The translations under genes were made by a program, and so were the position numbers. A stretch of DNA of 64,000 nt from Parcubacteria group bacterium GW2011_GWC1_45_13. Lineage in GTDB: Bacteria; Patescibacteriota; Minisyncoccia; UBA11713; 2-01-FULL-45-33. Position 1 is the first letter of the stretch, and each line of letters opens with the position of its first letter. Location of the stretch: NCBI GenBank assembly GCA_001001285.1, contig LCKG01000001.1:39223-103222 (forward strand), read 5' to 3'. Below are positions 45,963 to 56,174 of this stretch, in pieces. The notes below the pieces were generated by a model, which worked only from the letters and a program-made list of their open reading frames with translations, searched no databases and was not told the DNA's origin.

Positions 45963-46972
45963 AAATTTTTTACTATCTTCTCTACCAAATTATCCAAGTT
46001 ATGATTCTGTATTATAATTTGGCACAAAGACAAATCTTTATTATAATTGGTCATTTGCGCAATTTTTTCTGCCACAAGATTGGGGTTTTTTGGTATGATT
46101 TCAAGCGTGCCGCGAAACACTTCGCTGGTAGTCACAACCGGCAATCCGCAGGCCATCGCTTCTAAAACGACTTTATCAATACTGCCAGTTTCACTAGCGT
46201 GAAGGAGCATGTCGTGAGAATTATAAATATCAGGCATCTCATTATAGGTTTTTGCGCCTAAAAAATTTATGTTTTTTTCTAAATCACCCTGAAGAATTAA
46301 ATTTTCCAGCTTTTTTTTATAAACAAGATCGGCAGACGTAACTGGCTCTCCTACTATATCTAGCATTGCGCCGTGACCCCTTTTTAGTAAAATTGCAACG
46401 GCCTTAATCAAAAATTCATGATTTTTAGATTCCGAGATCCTGCCGACGGAAAGCAGTTTAAGTGTGTTTTCCCCGCTCCTTAAAGCTTCGCGCTTCGGCG
46501 CGAAGCGGTTAGTATCAATCCCATGGCCGGTTATAACTATTTTTGGCGAGTTAAGGCGGCAGCTTTCCGGAGAAGCCGTAAAAATTTTTGTAACAAGTTT
46601 TTCGGCGATTCTCAATGAAAACGTCACCGATTTGTGAGTATACCATAAATAGACGTTTTTTCTGTAAATCGCCGCCACCGGCCAAACCAAAATAACCCAT
46701 GCCGGAATCATGTGGACAAAGACGGCGTCTGCTTGCGACATGACAGAAAACAGATATTTATAAAAATTTATATAGCGCCTGATTCTGCCAAAAATTTTTT
46801 CTTTGCCAAAAGAAAAAACCTGAACATTTGCCGGCAAAGCATGTTCACCTAAAAAACTGCATAGAACAAAAACGCTATCTGCTTTCTCCGCAAATTTCTC
46901 TAGCCACCGATGAAAAAATCCCAAATTACTATCCTCTTTATCAACTTTTTGAGTAAGAATTAAAAGATTCAT
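45959..46972 (-). CDS. GT4-family glycosyltransferase
   Basis: GT-B C-terminal motifs (MLLHASETGSIDKVVLEAMACGLPVV). Confidence 0.75.
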   Translation of the reverse strand: MNLLILTQKVDKEDSNLGFFHRWLEKFAEKADSVFVLCSFLGEHALPANVQVFSFGKEKIFGRIRRYINFYKYLFSVMSQADAVFVHMIPAWVILVWPVAAIYRKNVYLWYTHKSVTFSLRIAEKLVTKIFTASPESCRLNSPKIVITGHGIDTNRFAPKREALRSGENTLKLLSVGRISESKNHEFLIKAVAILLKRGHGAMLDIVGEPVTSADLVYKKKLENLILQGDLEKNINFLGAKTYNEMPDIYNSHDMLLHASETGSIDKVVLEAMACGLPVVTTSEVFRGTLEIIPKNPNLVAEKIAQMTNYNKDLSLCQIIIQNHNLDNLVEKIVKNL

Positions 46973-47973
46973 TTTTTATTTACGCATATCTCAAAACTTC
47001 TCTTATATAACCTTAAATATTCGCCTTTTGTTTGAGAAACGAGCGGCTTGGGAGCAGGCAATTTTTGGTTTAAAGCGGCAACTATTTTTTCTTTCAAATC
47101 ATTTTTATTGCCGACTTTGAAAATATTTTCCGGTTCTAAAATTTCTGGAGCGATACCGACGTCGCTCGAGATAACTTTTGCCCCGGCTGCCACTGCTTCA
47201 ATCAAGGTTCGGCCATAACCTTCATAATATGAGGCTAGCAAAAATAAATCACATGTTTTGTAGTAAGACGCCAAATCTTCAGTGTATGGTTCAAATTTAA
47301 TATTTCCTTCCAATTTTTCACTTTTAACTTTAAACTTTAAACTTTCTAGTTCCGGGCCGTCGCCGACGATTAAAAGAAGTGGGAGGGTTACTAACTCTTT
47401 CATAGCCTCAACCGCCAACCCAATGTTTTTTTCTTTTGTTACCCGCGACGCCATCAAAATAACAAACCGCCCGGGATATTTTTTATGCAAATCGGTTTTG
47501 ATTAGCACATTTTTAATTTTTTCAGTGTCAACAAAAATAGGAAGAACCGTTATATGCTTTACGCCGTACGCCGTAAGCGAATTTTTAATTCTCTCCGAAA
47601 CAACCCTGATGCAATCTGCGCGTGGAACCAAAAACTTCGCCAACCGAACCCGCAATTTATTTTTAAACGATTCTGTTTGGAAATACGGACTAAAAATATC
47701 CGAATGAATCTGCATTTGCCACGGGATTTTAAATAATTTTGAAAAAACCCAAGCCAGAAGAGAATGTTCCATGTCTTGTGCTGTAATAATGTCGTAGCGA
47801 TTGCGCATTAACTTTAGACCGCGAAAAAATCCGGAAATAAAATTAAAAATGTTTCCACAAGCAAGCAAAATATCAAGCCCGCCCAAGACAGCTCTGTATT
47901 CCGCCATTCTTTTCCCGACATCCGATTTCAGATCCAAAACCCCCGGATCCCCGCTTATCATTAAAACTTTCAT
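46969..47973 (-). CDS. GT4-family glycosyltransferase
   Basis: LLIVGDGPELE and LFLLASYYEGYGRTLIEAVAAGAKVIS. Confidence 0.75.
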   Translation of the reverse strand: MKVLMISGDPGVLDLKSDVGKRMAEYRAVLGGLDILLACGNIFNFISGFFRGLKLMRNRYDIITAQDMEHSLLAWVFSKLFKIPWQMQIHSDIFSPYFQTESFKNKLRVRLAKFLVPRADCIRVVSERIKNSLTAYGVKHITVLPIFVDTEKIKNVLIKTDLHKKYPGRFVILMASRVTKEKNIGLAVEAMKELVTLPLLLIVGDGPELESLKFKVKSEKLEGNIKFEPYTEDLASYYKTCDLFLLASYYEGYGRTLIEAVAAGAKVISSDVGIAPEILEPENIFKVGNKNDLKEKIVAALNQKLPAPKPLVSQTKGEYLRLYKRSFEICVNKK

Positions 47974-50216
47974 ATTAAAATTTTTACAGTTTCTTTTATC
48001 ATTCTCTCTTTTGAAAATTCGCTGGACTTTTTCTTGGCATTTTCGGAAAATTTTTGGGCAAGAATAGGATTACTTAAAACATCTAAGATTTTTGATTTTA
48101 ACGCTTCCTTATCATTAAATTTTATTAAAAAGCCTTCTTTGCCGTCTTCAATCAATTCCGGATTTCCTCCGGAATCTGTAGTAACAATCGGAACGCCGAG
48201 CGCCATCGCTTCCAAAATCAGATGCGAAAATCCTTCGTAGGCAGTGTTTAAAACAAAAACATCCGCAGCGGCCAAATATTCCAAAACTTTTTCGTGAGGC
48301 AATGTGTCAGTCAATGTTACTTCTTCCTCTAATTCTAAATTCTTAATTCTAGATTCTAGATTCTGTTTCTCCGGCCCATCGCCAATAATCACCAATCTTG
48401 CATCCGGAACTTCTTTTAAAATCTCCGGCATAATCTCAATAAGCGCGTCAAAACCTTTCCATGGAACCAGACGGCCTGCAGAGACAATGAGTCGTTGACC
48501 GGGTTTGGCGAAGCCACCCTGAGCGAAGCGAGGAAAGCGAAACAACTCATTGTCTTGAAAGGCATTATAAACCACATAGATTTTTTCAGGCCCGATTCCC
48601 CATTTTGTCACAACCCCTTTCAAATACTCGCTTGGCACAATGATTTTATCTGCACGATTGGCAACCAAACACTCAATTTTCCGAAAAAGCTCCACCTCCC
48701 AACGATACCGATTTTTTAAAAAATCATCCAAAACTTTCTTAACACCGAACCGCTGAACGCCTTGCTCCCATGCGTAGTCACCAACAATTTTTAGCAAAAA
48801 TTTTTTGCGCAAAATTTTGGCGGCTAGCATCGCCGGAAACCCAACGCTTACCGGATCCTGCGCAAAAATTACGTCTGAGTTTCGTCCCATCCAAAACGTT
48901 TTTAAGCCGTATGCGATATGCCGCAGGATTTTTGGAAAACGCCGAATGTTACCAAAACTTAAAACTCTCACGCCAAAATTTTCTTTCGAAAGTTCGTCCA
49001 ACAAAATTTTGCTGTAAGTAGCCGGCCCTCCGACTTCCGGAGGAAAAATTCCGGTAGCAATTAAAACCCGTTTTTTGATATTGAGCTCGTGGCCGAAAAT
49101 TTCCGCGTAATTTTGAGCGATTTTATCCCAAGAGAATCTCTCCTCAACCATTTTTCTGCCGTTTTCAATAATTTTTCGCGCCAGCGCCTGGTCCGCCAGC
49201 AAAATTTTTATTTTTTCAGCCAAATCTCGCGAGTCACTAACTTTAACGAAAAGCCCCGTTTCGCCGTCTTTTATAATATCCAAAATCCCGCCGATCGGCG
49301 TGCCAATTATCGGCACACCCGCCGCCAAAGCCTCCACAAAAGCGTTGCCCATACCCTCCGAACGCGAAGTACGCGCAAAAACATCCGCCTCGGCTAAATA
49401 CTTTGGGACATCGTCGTAAGCAGCTTCTCCGAAAAACTTAACAGCGCCGTCCAAACCCAACTCGTGCGATAATTCTTCCAGATTTTGACGTTCCGATCCG
49501 TCGCCAACAATATGCAGTGTGATATCCGAAATATATTTTTTAAGTTCGGCAATCGCTTTAATTAAAATATCCACGCTATTTTTCGGGACAAGACGGCCAA
49601 CGGTAATAATGGTATTTGGCTTTTTGCGGTTTTCTTTTTGTGCCGTAGAAAATTTTTCAATATCAACCCCGTTGTGCAAAACTACGCCCCCGCCGATATA
49701 GCCATAATGTTTGCATAAATTCAGCAAATAGCTTGAAATTGCCGTAACATAATCCGCTTGCGTAAGAATCAAACGAAATGCCAAATTCATAAAGCCAAGT
49801 CGCCCTCTCGCGACCCTTTCGTCTCCGTAACCGTATTGGATTGTAAAAACCAAAGGAGTTTTCGGATAAAGGATTGTCAAAAATCCGGCAGGCGCGGCAC
49901 CGAATGAAAAATCCATAACCCAAAAAACAATTTTGCCACGGCGTTTCTTTAATTCCCGCCAAGCCGCAAACCAGCCAAAAATTAAAAGCCAAAATTTATC
50001 AAAACGATTTCCAAAACCAATTCTGATTACCAATCCTTCCGACCTTTTTTCGCGCGTCGGGAGTTTACCATCCATTCTTGAAGTAAAAATAAAAAAATCA
50101 AACCGATTTTTTAGTCGCTCTGCGACTTGCTCAATTGCCACCTCCACGCCCCCTATGAAAGGGTGGTAGGATGTGGAAAACACAAAAACCGCTGGCTTTC
50201 TGGCATTTTCATTCAT
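47970..50216 (-). CDS. Tandem double GT4 glycosyltransferase (two complete GT4 modules in one 748-aa protein)
   Basis: Two sets of GT4 motifs: residues 1-370 (VGDGSERQNLEE, EGMGNAFVEALAAGVPIIGT) and residues 380-748 (IIGDGPEKQNLES, EGFSHLILEAMALGVPIVTT). Confidence 0.75.
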   Translation of the reverse strand: MNENARKPAVFVFSTSYHPFIGGVEVAIEQVAERLKNRFDFFIFTSRMDGKLPTREKRSEGLVIRIGFGNRFDKFWLLIFGWFAAWRELKKRRGKIVFWVMDFSFGAAPAGFLTILYPKTPLVFTIQYGYGDERVARGRLGFMNLAFRLILTQADYVTAISSYLLNLCKHYGYIGGGVVLHNGVDIEKFSTAQKENRKKPNTIITVGRLVPKNSVDILIKAIAELKKYISDITLHIVGDGSERQNLEELSHELGLDGAVKFFGEAAYDDVPKYLAEADVFARTSRSEGMGNAFVEALAAGVPIIGTPIGGILDIIKDGETGLFVKVSDSRDLAEKIKILLADQALARKIIENGRKMVEERFSWDKIAQNYAEIFGHELNIKKRVLIATGIFPPEVGGPATYSKILLDELSKENFGVRVLSFGNIRRFPKILRHIAYGLKTFWMGRNSDVIFAQDPVSVGFPAMLAAKILRKKFLLKIVGDYAWEQGVQRFGVKKVLDDFLKNRYRWEVELFRKIECLVANRADKIIVPSEYLKGVVTKWGIGPEKIYVVYNAFQDNELFRFPRFAQGGFAKPGQRLIVSAGRLVPWKGFDALIEIMPEILKEVPDARLVIIGDGPEKQNLESRIKNLELEEEVTLTDTLPHEKVLEYLAAADVFVLNTAYEGFSHLILEAMALGVPIVTTDSGGNPELIEDGKEGFLIKFNDKEALKSKILDVLSNPILAQKFSENAKKKSSEFSKERMIKETVKILI

Positions 50217-50238
50217 TCAGTAATTATAACGCGCATAG

Positions 50239-51750
50239 CTAGTTTTTAGTTGTATATATTCTCAAAAGAAAAAACATCAGGCCGCCAAAAATACCCAAGC
50301 CTAATCCGCCGAAGAGCCAAAAATATTCATTGACTGAAAACGACGAATGGTCATCACCGAGCGTCAAAGCCACTTCCGGAGACGCGGCTCTGTACTCCTG
50401 AATTTTTGGCGCCGCCTCCGCGGCGCTGGAATTGCCAGTTGGAGCGGAAGGTATTTTTAACGATGGTTTCTCATTTTTTGCGCCTGGAGTCGCTTCGGCT
50501 ACAACCCAAACGTCATTATTAAAATTCAAACTTTCTTCTTTTGCAAGCACCGAAGCCGGGTAATTCAAAGAAGACATCAGAGAGCCATTTGGATAAATAA
50601 ATTTTATTTCTCCTCCGTAGGCAGGCAGTAAGAATCCTAGAGTCGTGGTGCCCAAAACCAGCGCCGCGTAAGGAGCCATAAACGTATTCTCTGAAAATAT
50701 AAATATTTTACCTCCGTATGAGAGTCCGAACTTTGAGATTTCAATTTTCCGTGCTGAATTATTTTTGATTTCAACCCAGCCGTCCGGACCGGTTTTAATT
50801 TCGGCAATCAAAAGCGGGCTTGCCGTGACAGCAATATTTATCGTATCCATGGCAGAATACTCACCAGAAGAAACGCCCAAAGAAACGGCGTATGCGCCAG
50901 GATAAAGGAAAGCGTGCCCAATTTTTTTGCCGTCTAAAATAGGTGAGCCATCCCCGAAATTCCACGAGAATCTTGCGCCGTCCAAGGGCTCTCCTTTTAA
51001 ACCCTCGGCAAACCCGTCAAAAAATACTGTAGCCCCGGCTATCGCAGAGCGATCCTCGCCCGCGTAGGCTTTGATTTGCGCAACCGGCTTGGGGGCAACC
51101 GAGCCGCTGATTTGAGTTTCTGAAACAGATACATCCGCCGAACCGCTTTCTTCAGCTTGCGGCGTTGATTCCGAGGCCAGGTCGGATATAGCCCATCCGG
51201 CTACGCTCGCGCGCTGATTGAAGTCGTTCAACTTTAAAATTTTCCCTTCGGCTCCCGCGGAAATATCAACAAAAGCTCCGGCGGTCCAGATACCAGCGCT
51301 TGCTGCAGTGGTCTCCCAAGTTTTTTTCTCGGAACTCCCCGAATTATGGTATCTTACATAAGAAACAATTGTGTCTTTAGAATGAGTCGTGCTTGAAAAA
51401 AGCGCAAGCGAGCCGGAGGAGTTGCCCATATTGCCGGAGGCTACCGGAAAATACAAATTTACCTCATTGTCCGCGCCGCTTGCGCGGAGGTGAATTTTAA
51501 CTGATGCACCGACATTCAAGACAAAGTCTGGAAAAGTAAAGTAGTCAATGCCATCCGGATATAAATGCCAGCCGGACATGTTTATAGAAGATCCGCCTAA
51601 ATTTTTTATTATTACATATTCCTGGCCGGTATCCGTACCTCCAGCCGGGTCGAATAAAACTTCGGAAATAGCAACATCGCCAGCGGCCCCATAAGCAAAA
51701 TTGGCTCCGCCAAGCAACGCCATCGCTAACAAAAAACGCCACCGAGTCAT
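50239..51750 (-). CDS. Secreted/anchored protein with two lamin-tail domains (LTD)
   Basis: Signal peptide. LTD-like segments ISEVLFDPAGGTDTGQEYVIIKNLGGSSINMSGWHL and LLIAEIKTGPDGWVEIKNNS. A C-terminal hydrophobic anchor. Confidence 0.6.
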   Translation of the reverse strand: MTRWRFLLAMALLGGANFAYGAAGDVAISEVLFDPAGGTDTGQEYVIIKNLGGSSINMSGWHLYPDGIDYFTFPDFVLNVGASVKIHLRASGADNEVNLYFPVASGNMGNSSGSLALFSSTTHSKDTIVSYVRYHNSGSSEKKTWETTAASAGIWTAGAFVDISAGAEGKILKLNDFNQRASVAGWAISDLASESTPQAEESGSADVSVSETQISGSVAPKPVAQIKAYAGEDRSAIAGATVFFDGFAEGLKGEPLDGARFSWNFGDGSPILDGKKIGHAFLYPGAYAVSLGVSSGEYSAMDTINIAVTASPLLIAEIKTGPDGWVEIKNNSARKIEISKFGLSYGGKIFIFSENTFMAPYAALVLGTTTLGFLLPAYGGEIKFIYPNGSLMSSLNYPASVLAKEESLNFNNDVWVVAEATPGAKNEKPSLKIPSAPTGNSSAAEAAPKIQEYRAASPEVALTLGDDHSSFSVNEYFWLFGGLGLGIFGGLMFFLLRIYTTKN

Positions 51751-51770
51751 TAATGGGAGAGTAACTTTTT

Positions 51771-53075
51771 CTATAAATTAAGTCCAACGCCGAAGAGAAA
51801 ACGCGTGAGTTTTGTTTGGGTTTTATGCGGCAGAGAGTAAAGGAAATAGCGCGAGGCGGTGATTGCCGAAAACATGCTCACCAAAATTCCCAAGCCCAAA
51901 GTCAGCGCGAACCCGCGGACAATAGACGTGCCGAACCAATAAAGAATCACGGAAGTAATAAGACTTGAAACATTGGAATCTCTTATTGAAGTCCAGGCCC
52001 TACGGAAACCTTCGGCCATGGCCGTATCCAAAAATTTTCCGGAACGGATTTCTTCTTTCATTCTCTCAAAAATTAAAATATTCGCGTCAACCGCCATACC
52101 CACTGACAAAATAAATCCGGCGATGCCAGCGGACGACAGCGTTACCGGAACCAATTTAAACAAAAGCAAAATCAAAGCCGAGTAAACTCCCAAGGCCAGC
52201 ACAGCGATAAGCCCAGGCAGGCGGTACCAAAAAATCATAAAGAGCATCACCGCGATTGTCCCATAAAGCGCGGCATGAAAGCTTTTAAAAAGCGCGTCCC
52301 TGCCCAAAAAAGAGCCGATGCTCTGCTGGGAAATTAAAGTGATTGCTACTGGCAATGCTCCGGCGTTGAAGCGTCGCACCAACTGCCGAGCTTCATCCAC
52401 GGAAAATTTTCCGGTAATCTGCGCCTTTCCTCCGGTGATTTTTTCCCGCACCACGGGAATGCTGATGGGAGCGCCATCCAAAAATATGGCAACCGGCTCC
52501 CCCACGTTTCTTGCGGTAATTTCTTCAAAAATTTTCGCGCCGTCATCGTTGAATTCCAGAGAAATTTCTGGCTCGCCCAAGTTTTGCGCGAAATTCAAAG
52601 AAGCTTTTTTAAGATATCTACCGGTTAGATTTGTAATGATAAAATCGGCTATGGCTCCGGTGGATGAAGCCACCCCGCCGGACTTGTCGCGCTTTAATTC
52701 CTTAAATTCCAAAAAGGGAGTCTCCCCGATTATTTTAATCGCTTCCCTTATGTCAAAAACACCGGCCAATTCCACAATCAGTCTCCGCTCTCCTCCGACA
52801 TTTTCAGTCTGTACCACGGGCTCCGCGACTCCAAAAAGATTCACTCTCCGCTCAATAATATCTCTCACGCCGGCCATGGCTTCCGCGATCTCTGAAGAAG
52901 CGACAGAAGAAGTATCGGCGCGGTAAACCAAATGCGTCCCGCCCTGAAGATCCAAGCCCAGCCGAAAGGGACGCTCCCACCAAGAATCGCGGAAACCCAA
53001 AAACTCCGCCACATTATAAAAACCGGCTGCAAGCCCCACAAATAAAATAATAAGCGCCAGAATTCTGATTTTCAT
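51771..53075 (-). CDS. secD: Protein translocase subunit SecD
   Basis: LGLDLQGGTHLVY motif, a periplasmic domain and a C-terminal 6-TM SecD/SecF-type region. No adjacent secF. Confidence 0.75.
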   Translation of the reverse strand: MKIRILALIILFVGLAAGFYNVAEFLGFRDSWWERPFRLGLDLQGGTHLVYRADTSSVASSEIAEAMAGVRDIIERRVNLFGVAEPVVQTENVGGERRLIVELAGVFDIREAIKIIGETPFLEFKELKRDKSGGVASSTGAIADFIITNLTGRYLKKASLNFAQNLGEPEISLEFNDDGAKIFEEITARNVGEPVAIFLDGAPISIPVVREKITGGKAQITGKFSVDEARQLVRRFNAGALPVAITLISQQSIGSFLGRDALFKSFHAALYGTIAVMLFMIFWYRLPGLIAVLALGVYSALILLLFKLVPVTLSSAGIAGFILSVGMAVDANILIFERMKEEIRSGKFLDTAMAEGFRRAWTSIRDSNVSSLITSVILYWFGTSIVRGFALTLGLGILVSMFSAITASRYFLYSLPHKTQTKLTRFLFGVGLNL

Positions 53076-53611
53076 ATTTGAATCTCCTTACCATTGGTTG
53101 TTAATCTGCCACCCTGCCATTGCCCGCGGTATGCCTTGGTTTCCCCCTTAACTTCAAAAAACATCGCGTTGACATACCGTGCGCCCATTTCCAGTTTGAC
53201 ATCCACTCCCCCAGCATTGTAAATCGCCGGGTGAACCGTGCCTGAATATCCGGGATCCACAACCGAAACCCTAGTAATAATTCCGGAGCGGTGCAGGGTA
53301 GTGCGAGGTTTAACAATTGATAAAAGATTGAGCGGCATATTGAATTTTTCAATTGTTTCCGTCAAAAAATATTCTCCCGGTTTGATCGTTACGGATATAG
53401 TATTCTCTGGATCATATTTCGCCACCAATTCTACTTCCGGAGTTGAGCGTTCCAAGACCCCCAAAAATCCCTCACCTTTTAATTTAAAAAGTTTGCCCAA
53501 CCGCAAATCAAACCCGGCTCCTTCGGGGTTATTGAGTTCGCGTTCAGATAAATCTTCTACTAATTTGGCCTCTTTGACCAAACGATGCAATTCGGAAATT
53601 CCTAGAATCAT
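53072..53611 (-). CDS. dcd: dCTP deaminase-family protein
   Basis: GFDLRLG, VVDPGYSG and a length of 179 aa. Confidence 0.8.
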   Translation of the reverse strand: MILGISELHRLVKEAKLVEDLSERELNNPEGAGFDLRLGKLFKLKGEGFLGVLERSTPEVELVAKYDPENTISVTIKPGEYFLTETIEKFNMPLNLLSIVKPRTTLHRSGIITRVSVVDPGYSGTVHPAIYNAGGVDVKLEMGARYVNAMFFEVKGETKAYRGQWQGGRLTTNGKEIQI

Positions 53612-53672
53612 ATGAAAATTATATTAGCATAAAATATTTATTAAAAAAAGAAGCCACGTCAATTACGAGGGC

Positions 53673-53701
53673 TTGCAAAATAAATGCTTATCTTTTACAA
53701 T
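53673..53701 (+). promoter_or_regulatory. Sigma70-like promoter candidate
   Basis: TTGCAA, then a 17-nt spacer, then TACAAT. A GGGGG Shine-Dalgarno sequence lies before the ATG at 53744. Confidence 0.4.
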
Positions 53702-53743
53702 GCCAAAAGAACTAAAAACGACCCTTAACAATAGGGGGTTAAA

Positions 53744-54334
53744 ATGAATAAGAACAATCCTCAAAATAATGCTTCTTCCGAGTTGGTGCTCACGCTCAGA
53801 AAAAAGATTGTCCGTGATTACGGAACTCTCAATAAAATCTTGAGAGGACTTCGCTTAGCCGGCTATAAAATAGTGCTTACCATCGGTTCTTGGGACATGC
53901 TGCACATTGGGCATGTCCGCTACCTTATAGCTGGGAAGGAGAAAGGAAATATTCTTGTGGTGGGAACCGACAGCGACCGCGTGGTCAAAAAAACAAAAGG
54001 CGCGCACCGTCCCATCATTCCGGAAGATGAACGGATGGAGATGTTGAGTTATCAGCTTCCTGTGGACTTCGTAACCAGGATCGACGATGTGGACAAGAAA
54101 GGGCAATGGAAATGCGGCCTTTTGAGACGCATCAAACCTGACGTATTTATAGCTGTGAAGGGAGATAGTTATTCGCCAAAACAGAAACAGGAAATAAGGA
54201 AATACTGCAATAAACTTGTAGTGCTTCCGCGGCAAGCAGAAAACACCTCAAGCACCGCGATTATCCAGGAAGCCCTCAAAAAGAATCTCTCCGTGATGAT
54301 GTCGTTGCTTGACACAAGAGGAGGTAAATCATGA
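53744..54334 (+). CDS. Cytidylyltransferase-like (HxGH nucleotidyltransferase) protein
   Basis: TIGSWDMLHIGHVRYL (HxGH) and VVGTDSD...KG..RP, which resemble RfaE domain II / TagD-type adenylyl- or cytidylyltransferases. Confidence 0.6.
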   Translation: MNKNNPQNNASSELVLTLRKKIVRDYGTLNKILRGLRLAGYKIVLTIGSWDMLHIGHVRYLIAGKEKGNILVVGTDSDRVVKKTKGAHRPIIPEDERMEMLSYQLPVDFVTRIDDVDKKGQWKCGLLRRIKPDVFIAVKGDSYSPKQKQEIRKYCNKLVVLPRQAENTSSTAIIQEALKKNLSVMMSLLDTRGGKS

Positions 54335-55161
54335 AAACTTTTCTGGTGCTATATATTCCGGTCATACACGAAGGCTACCTCAAACTTTTCGAGAAATACT
54401 CAAAAGAAGTTGAGGGGCTCTTTATTCTAGGGGAAAGTCTAGTAGAGGAACATAAGTACCTAGAACGAGAAATTCGTGCGATAAAAAACCCCTTGGTGGC
54501 AAAAAAAATGGTTGAAGCTATCGGGTGCTTTCAGAAAGTAGAAATTCTGGAAAGCTCCTCGGTGGGAATTCTGGAAAGTTGCCGGGTCATTACCGCCCAA
54601 GAAGGCATCACCAAGCGCTTCGCCGACAAATACCTAAGCGATAATGAGGTCAGCTACGATTCCTCCTTTCTCCGATGGGATGAAAGCTATGTCATCTCGC
54701 GCACCGACATCAAATATGACCGCGAGTCCGATTTTCTTTTCGATAAGGAGATGATGTGGCGCGCCATAAAGGAGGGAAAGAAAAGCCCTGACTGGTGGCG
54801 CCAGGTAGGAGCAGTTGTAGTGACAAAAAACGGGAAGGAGATTAAAGCTTATAACAAAGATCCGATAAGCGAGTATCGTCCCTACGCTTTCGGCAACATC
54901 AGAGATTTTGTTAAAGCAGGAGAGAAAAGCGAAGCTACACCAACCATTCATGCCGAACAGACCCTCATAGCCGAAGCAGCCAGGGAAGGATTTTCTCTAA
55001 GGGGCGCCAAAATATATGTTTCGGTCTTTCCTTGTCCGACTTGCTCTAATCTGATTGCCGAATCCGGCATAGAGAAGTGTTACTTCGCTTCCGGCAATGC
55101 TTACGCAGATTCCGAGGATACTCTTAAGGCAAGGGGAATTGAACTGATATTTGTGACATAA
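54331..55161 (+). CDS. dCMP/cytidine deaminase-family zinc enzyme with a roughly 140-aa N-terminal extension
   Basis: Zinc motifs HAEQ and PCPTC in the C-terminal half. The N-terminal 140 aa show no recognisable motif. ATGA overlap with the upstream gene. Confidence 0.7.
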   Translation: MKTFLVLYIPVIHEGYLKLFEKYSKEVEGLFILGESLVEEHKYLEREIRAIKNPLVAKKMVEAIGCFQKVEILESSSVGILESCRVITAQEGITKRFADKYLSDNEVSYDSSFLRWDESYVISRTDIKYDRESDFLFDKEMMWRAIKEGKKSPDWWRQVGAVVVTKNGKEIKAYNKDPISEYRPYAFGNIRDFVKAGEKSEATPTIHAEQTLIAEAAREGFSLRGAKIYVSVFPCPTCSNLIAESGIEKCYFASGNAYADSEDTLKARGIELIFVT

Positions 55162-55166
55162 AAAGA

Positions 55167-55206
55167 CCCTGATGCGCGAATCTCGCGCGTCAGGGCTATT
55201 TTTTTA
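55167..55206. terminator. Intrinsic terminator between convergent genes
   Basis: ccctgatgcgcga-atc-tcgcgcgtcaggg followed by ctattttttt. Confidence 0.6.
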
Positions 55207-55635
55207 TCCGATGGGAAAGTTAACCACTTTCCCCTTTTCCGGGACAATCAGATGGAAGTGAAGGTGCTTAACTGTCGCCCCGGTGTACTTGGTGTCTCCG
55301 AAACGAAGCGCAACGGCACCGCCTTGGATTTTGAATTGTACACAAGCCAATTCCACCAGCTCTCCCACTTCTTTCAGATCATTCGGCGATAACTCCCAAA
55401 AGTTTTCCTTGTGAGTTTTACCGATCAACAGTAGGTGATGTGCGGCATTTTCATACTTCCAGCCAACTTCGGTGAGAAACCATTTACCGCATTCAAAAAT
55501 GGTCGGTTTCGGATGCCACCGAAAATTCTCCGGGCAAAAAGGACACTTGCCTTCTTTTTTAATTTCCTCCAGCACCGCGCGATAGTCATCACTCTTCGCA
55601 TAACGTGGATTAACAAAATCTTTTTTCAAGACCAT
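55204..55635 (-). CDS. HIT-superfamily protein with an N-terminal CPFC zinc motif
   Basis: KCPFCPENF and the histidine triad HLHFHLI. Start at the ATG at 55633-55635. Paralogous to the N-terminal half of the protein at 30025-30912. Confidence 0.6.
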   Translation of the reverse strand: MVLKKDFVNPRYAKSDDYRAVLEEIKKEGKCPFCPENFRWHPKPTIFECGKWFLTEVGWKYENAAHHLLLIGKTHKENFWELSPNDLKEVGELVELACVQFKIQGGAVALRFGDTKYTGATVKHLHFHLIVPEKGKVVNFPIG

Positions 55636-55644
55636 CACCTCCTT

Positions 55645-56160
55645 TTATTTGCGTTGGTAGACGACAAACTCATAATCATACGGATTCTTTGCGTCTTTTT
55701 TATGTTGCTCCCGGCTGACTTCCAACCATTCTGCAGGATCAAGTTCCGGAAAAAAAACATCGCCTTCAAAAGAGGCCTTGACCAAAGTCAGATAAATCTC
55801 GTCAGCGGAGAACAGTGCATCTTCGTAGACCTGGCCTCCCCCTAAGATAAAAATCTTTTCTCTGTCAATGGTGCGAGCTAGTTTCAAAGCATCTCCAAAG
55901 AACCGCAATACTACACAGCCATCTGCGGATTCTCTCGTAAAATTCTCATCTCGACTAAGAATAATGTTAGTTCTCCCAGACAGTGGCTTGCCGAGCGACT
56001 CGTAGGTCTTTCGCCCCATAATAATAGGGTGACCCATAGTTAACTCTTTGAAGCGTTTTAGATCCGCAGATAGTTTCCAGGGAATTTTCCCGTCTTTGCC
56101 TATAACGCGATTTTGATCCAGTGCAACGATTATGATAATTTTTCCTCTAGTCCTCATCAT
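55645..56160 (-). CDS. folA: Dihydrofolate reductase
   Basis: IIIIVALDQNRVIGKDGKIPW, GRKTYES, and a length of 171 aa. Confidence 0.8.
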   Translation of the reverse strand: MMRTRGKIIIIVALDQNRVIGKDGKIPWKLSADLKRFKELTMGHPIIMGRKTYESLGKPLSGRTNIILSRDENFTRESADGCVVLRFFGDALKLARTIDREKIFILGGGQVYEDALFSADEIYLTLVKASFEGDVFFPELDPAEWLEVSREQHKKDAKNPYDYEFVVYQRK

Positions 56161-56174
56161 TATTACCTCCTTAC

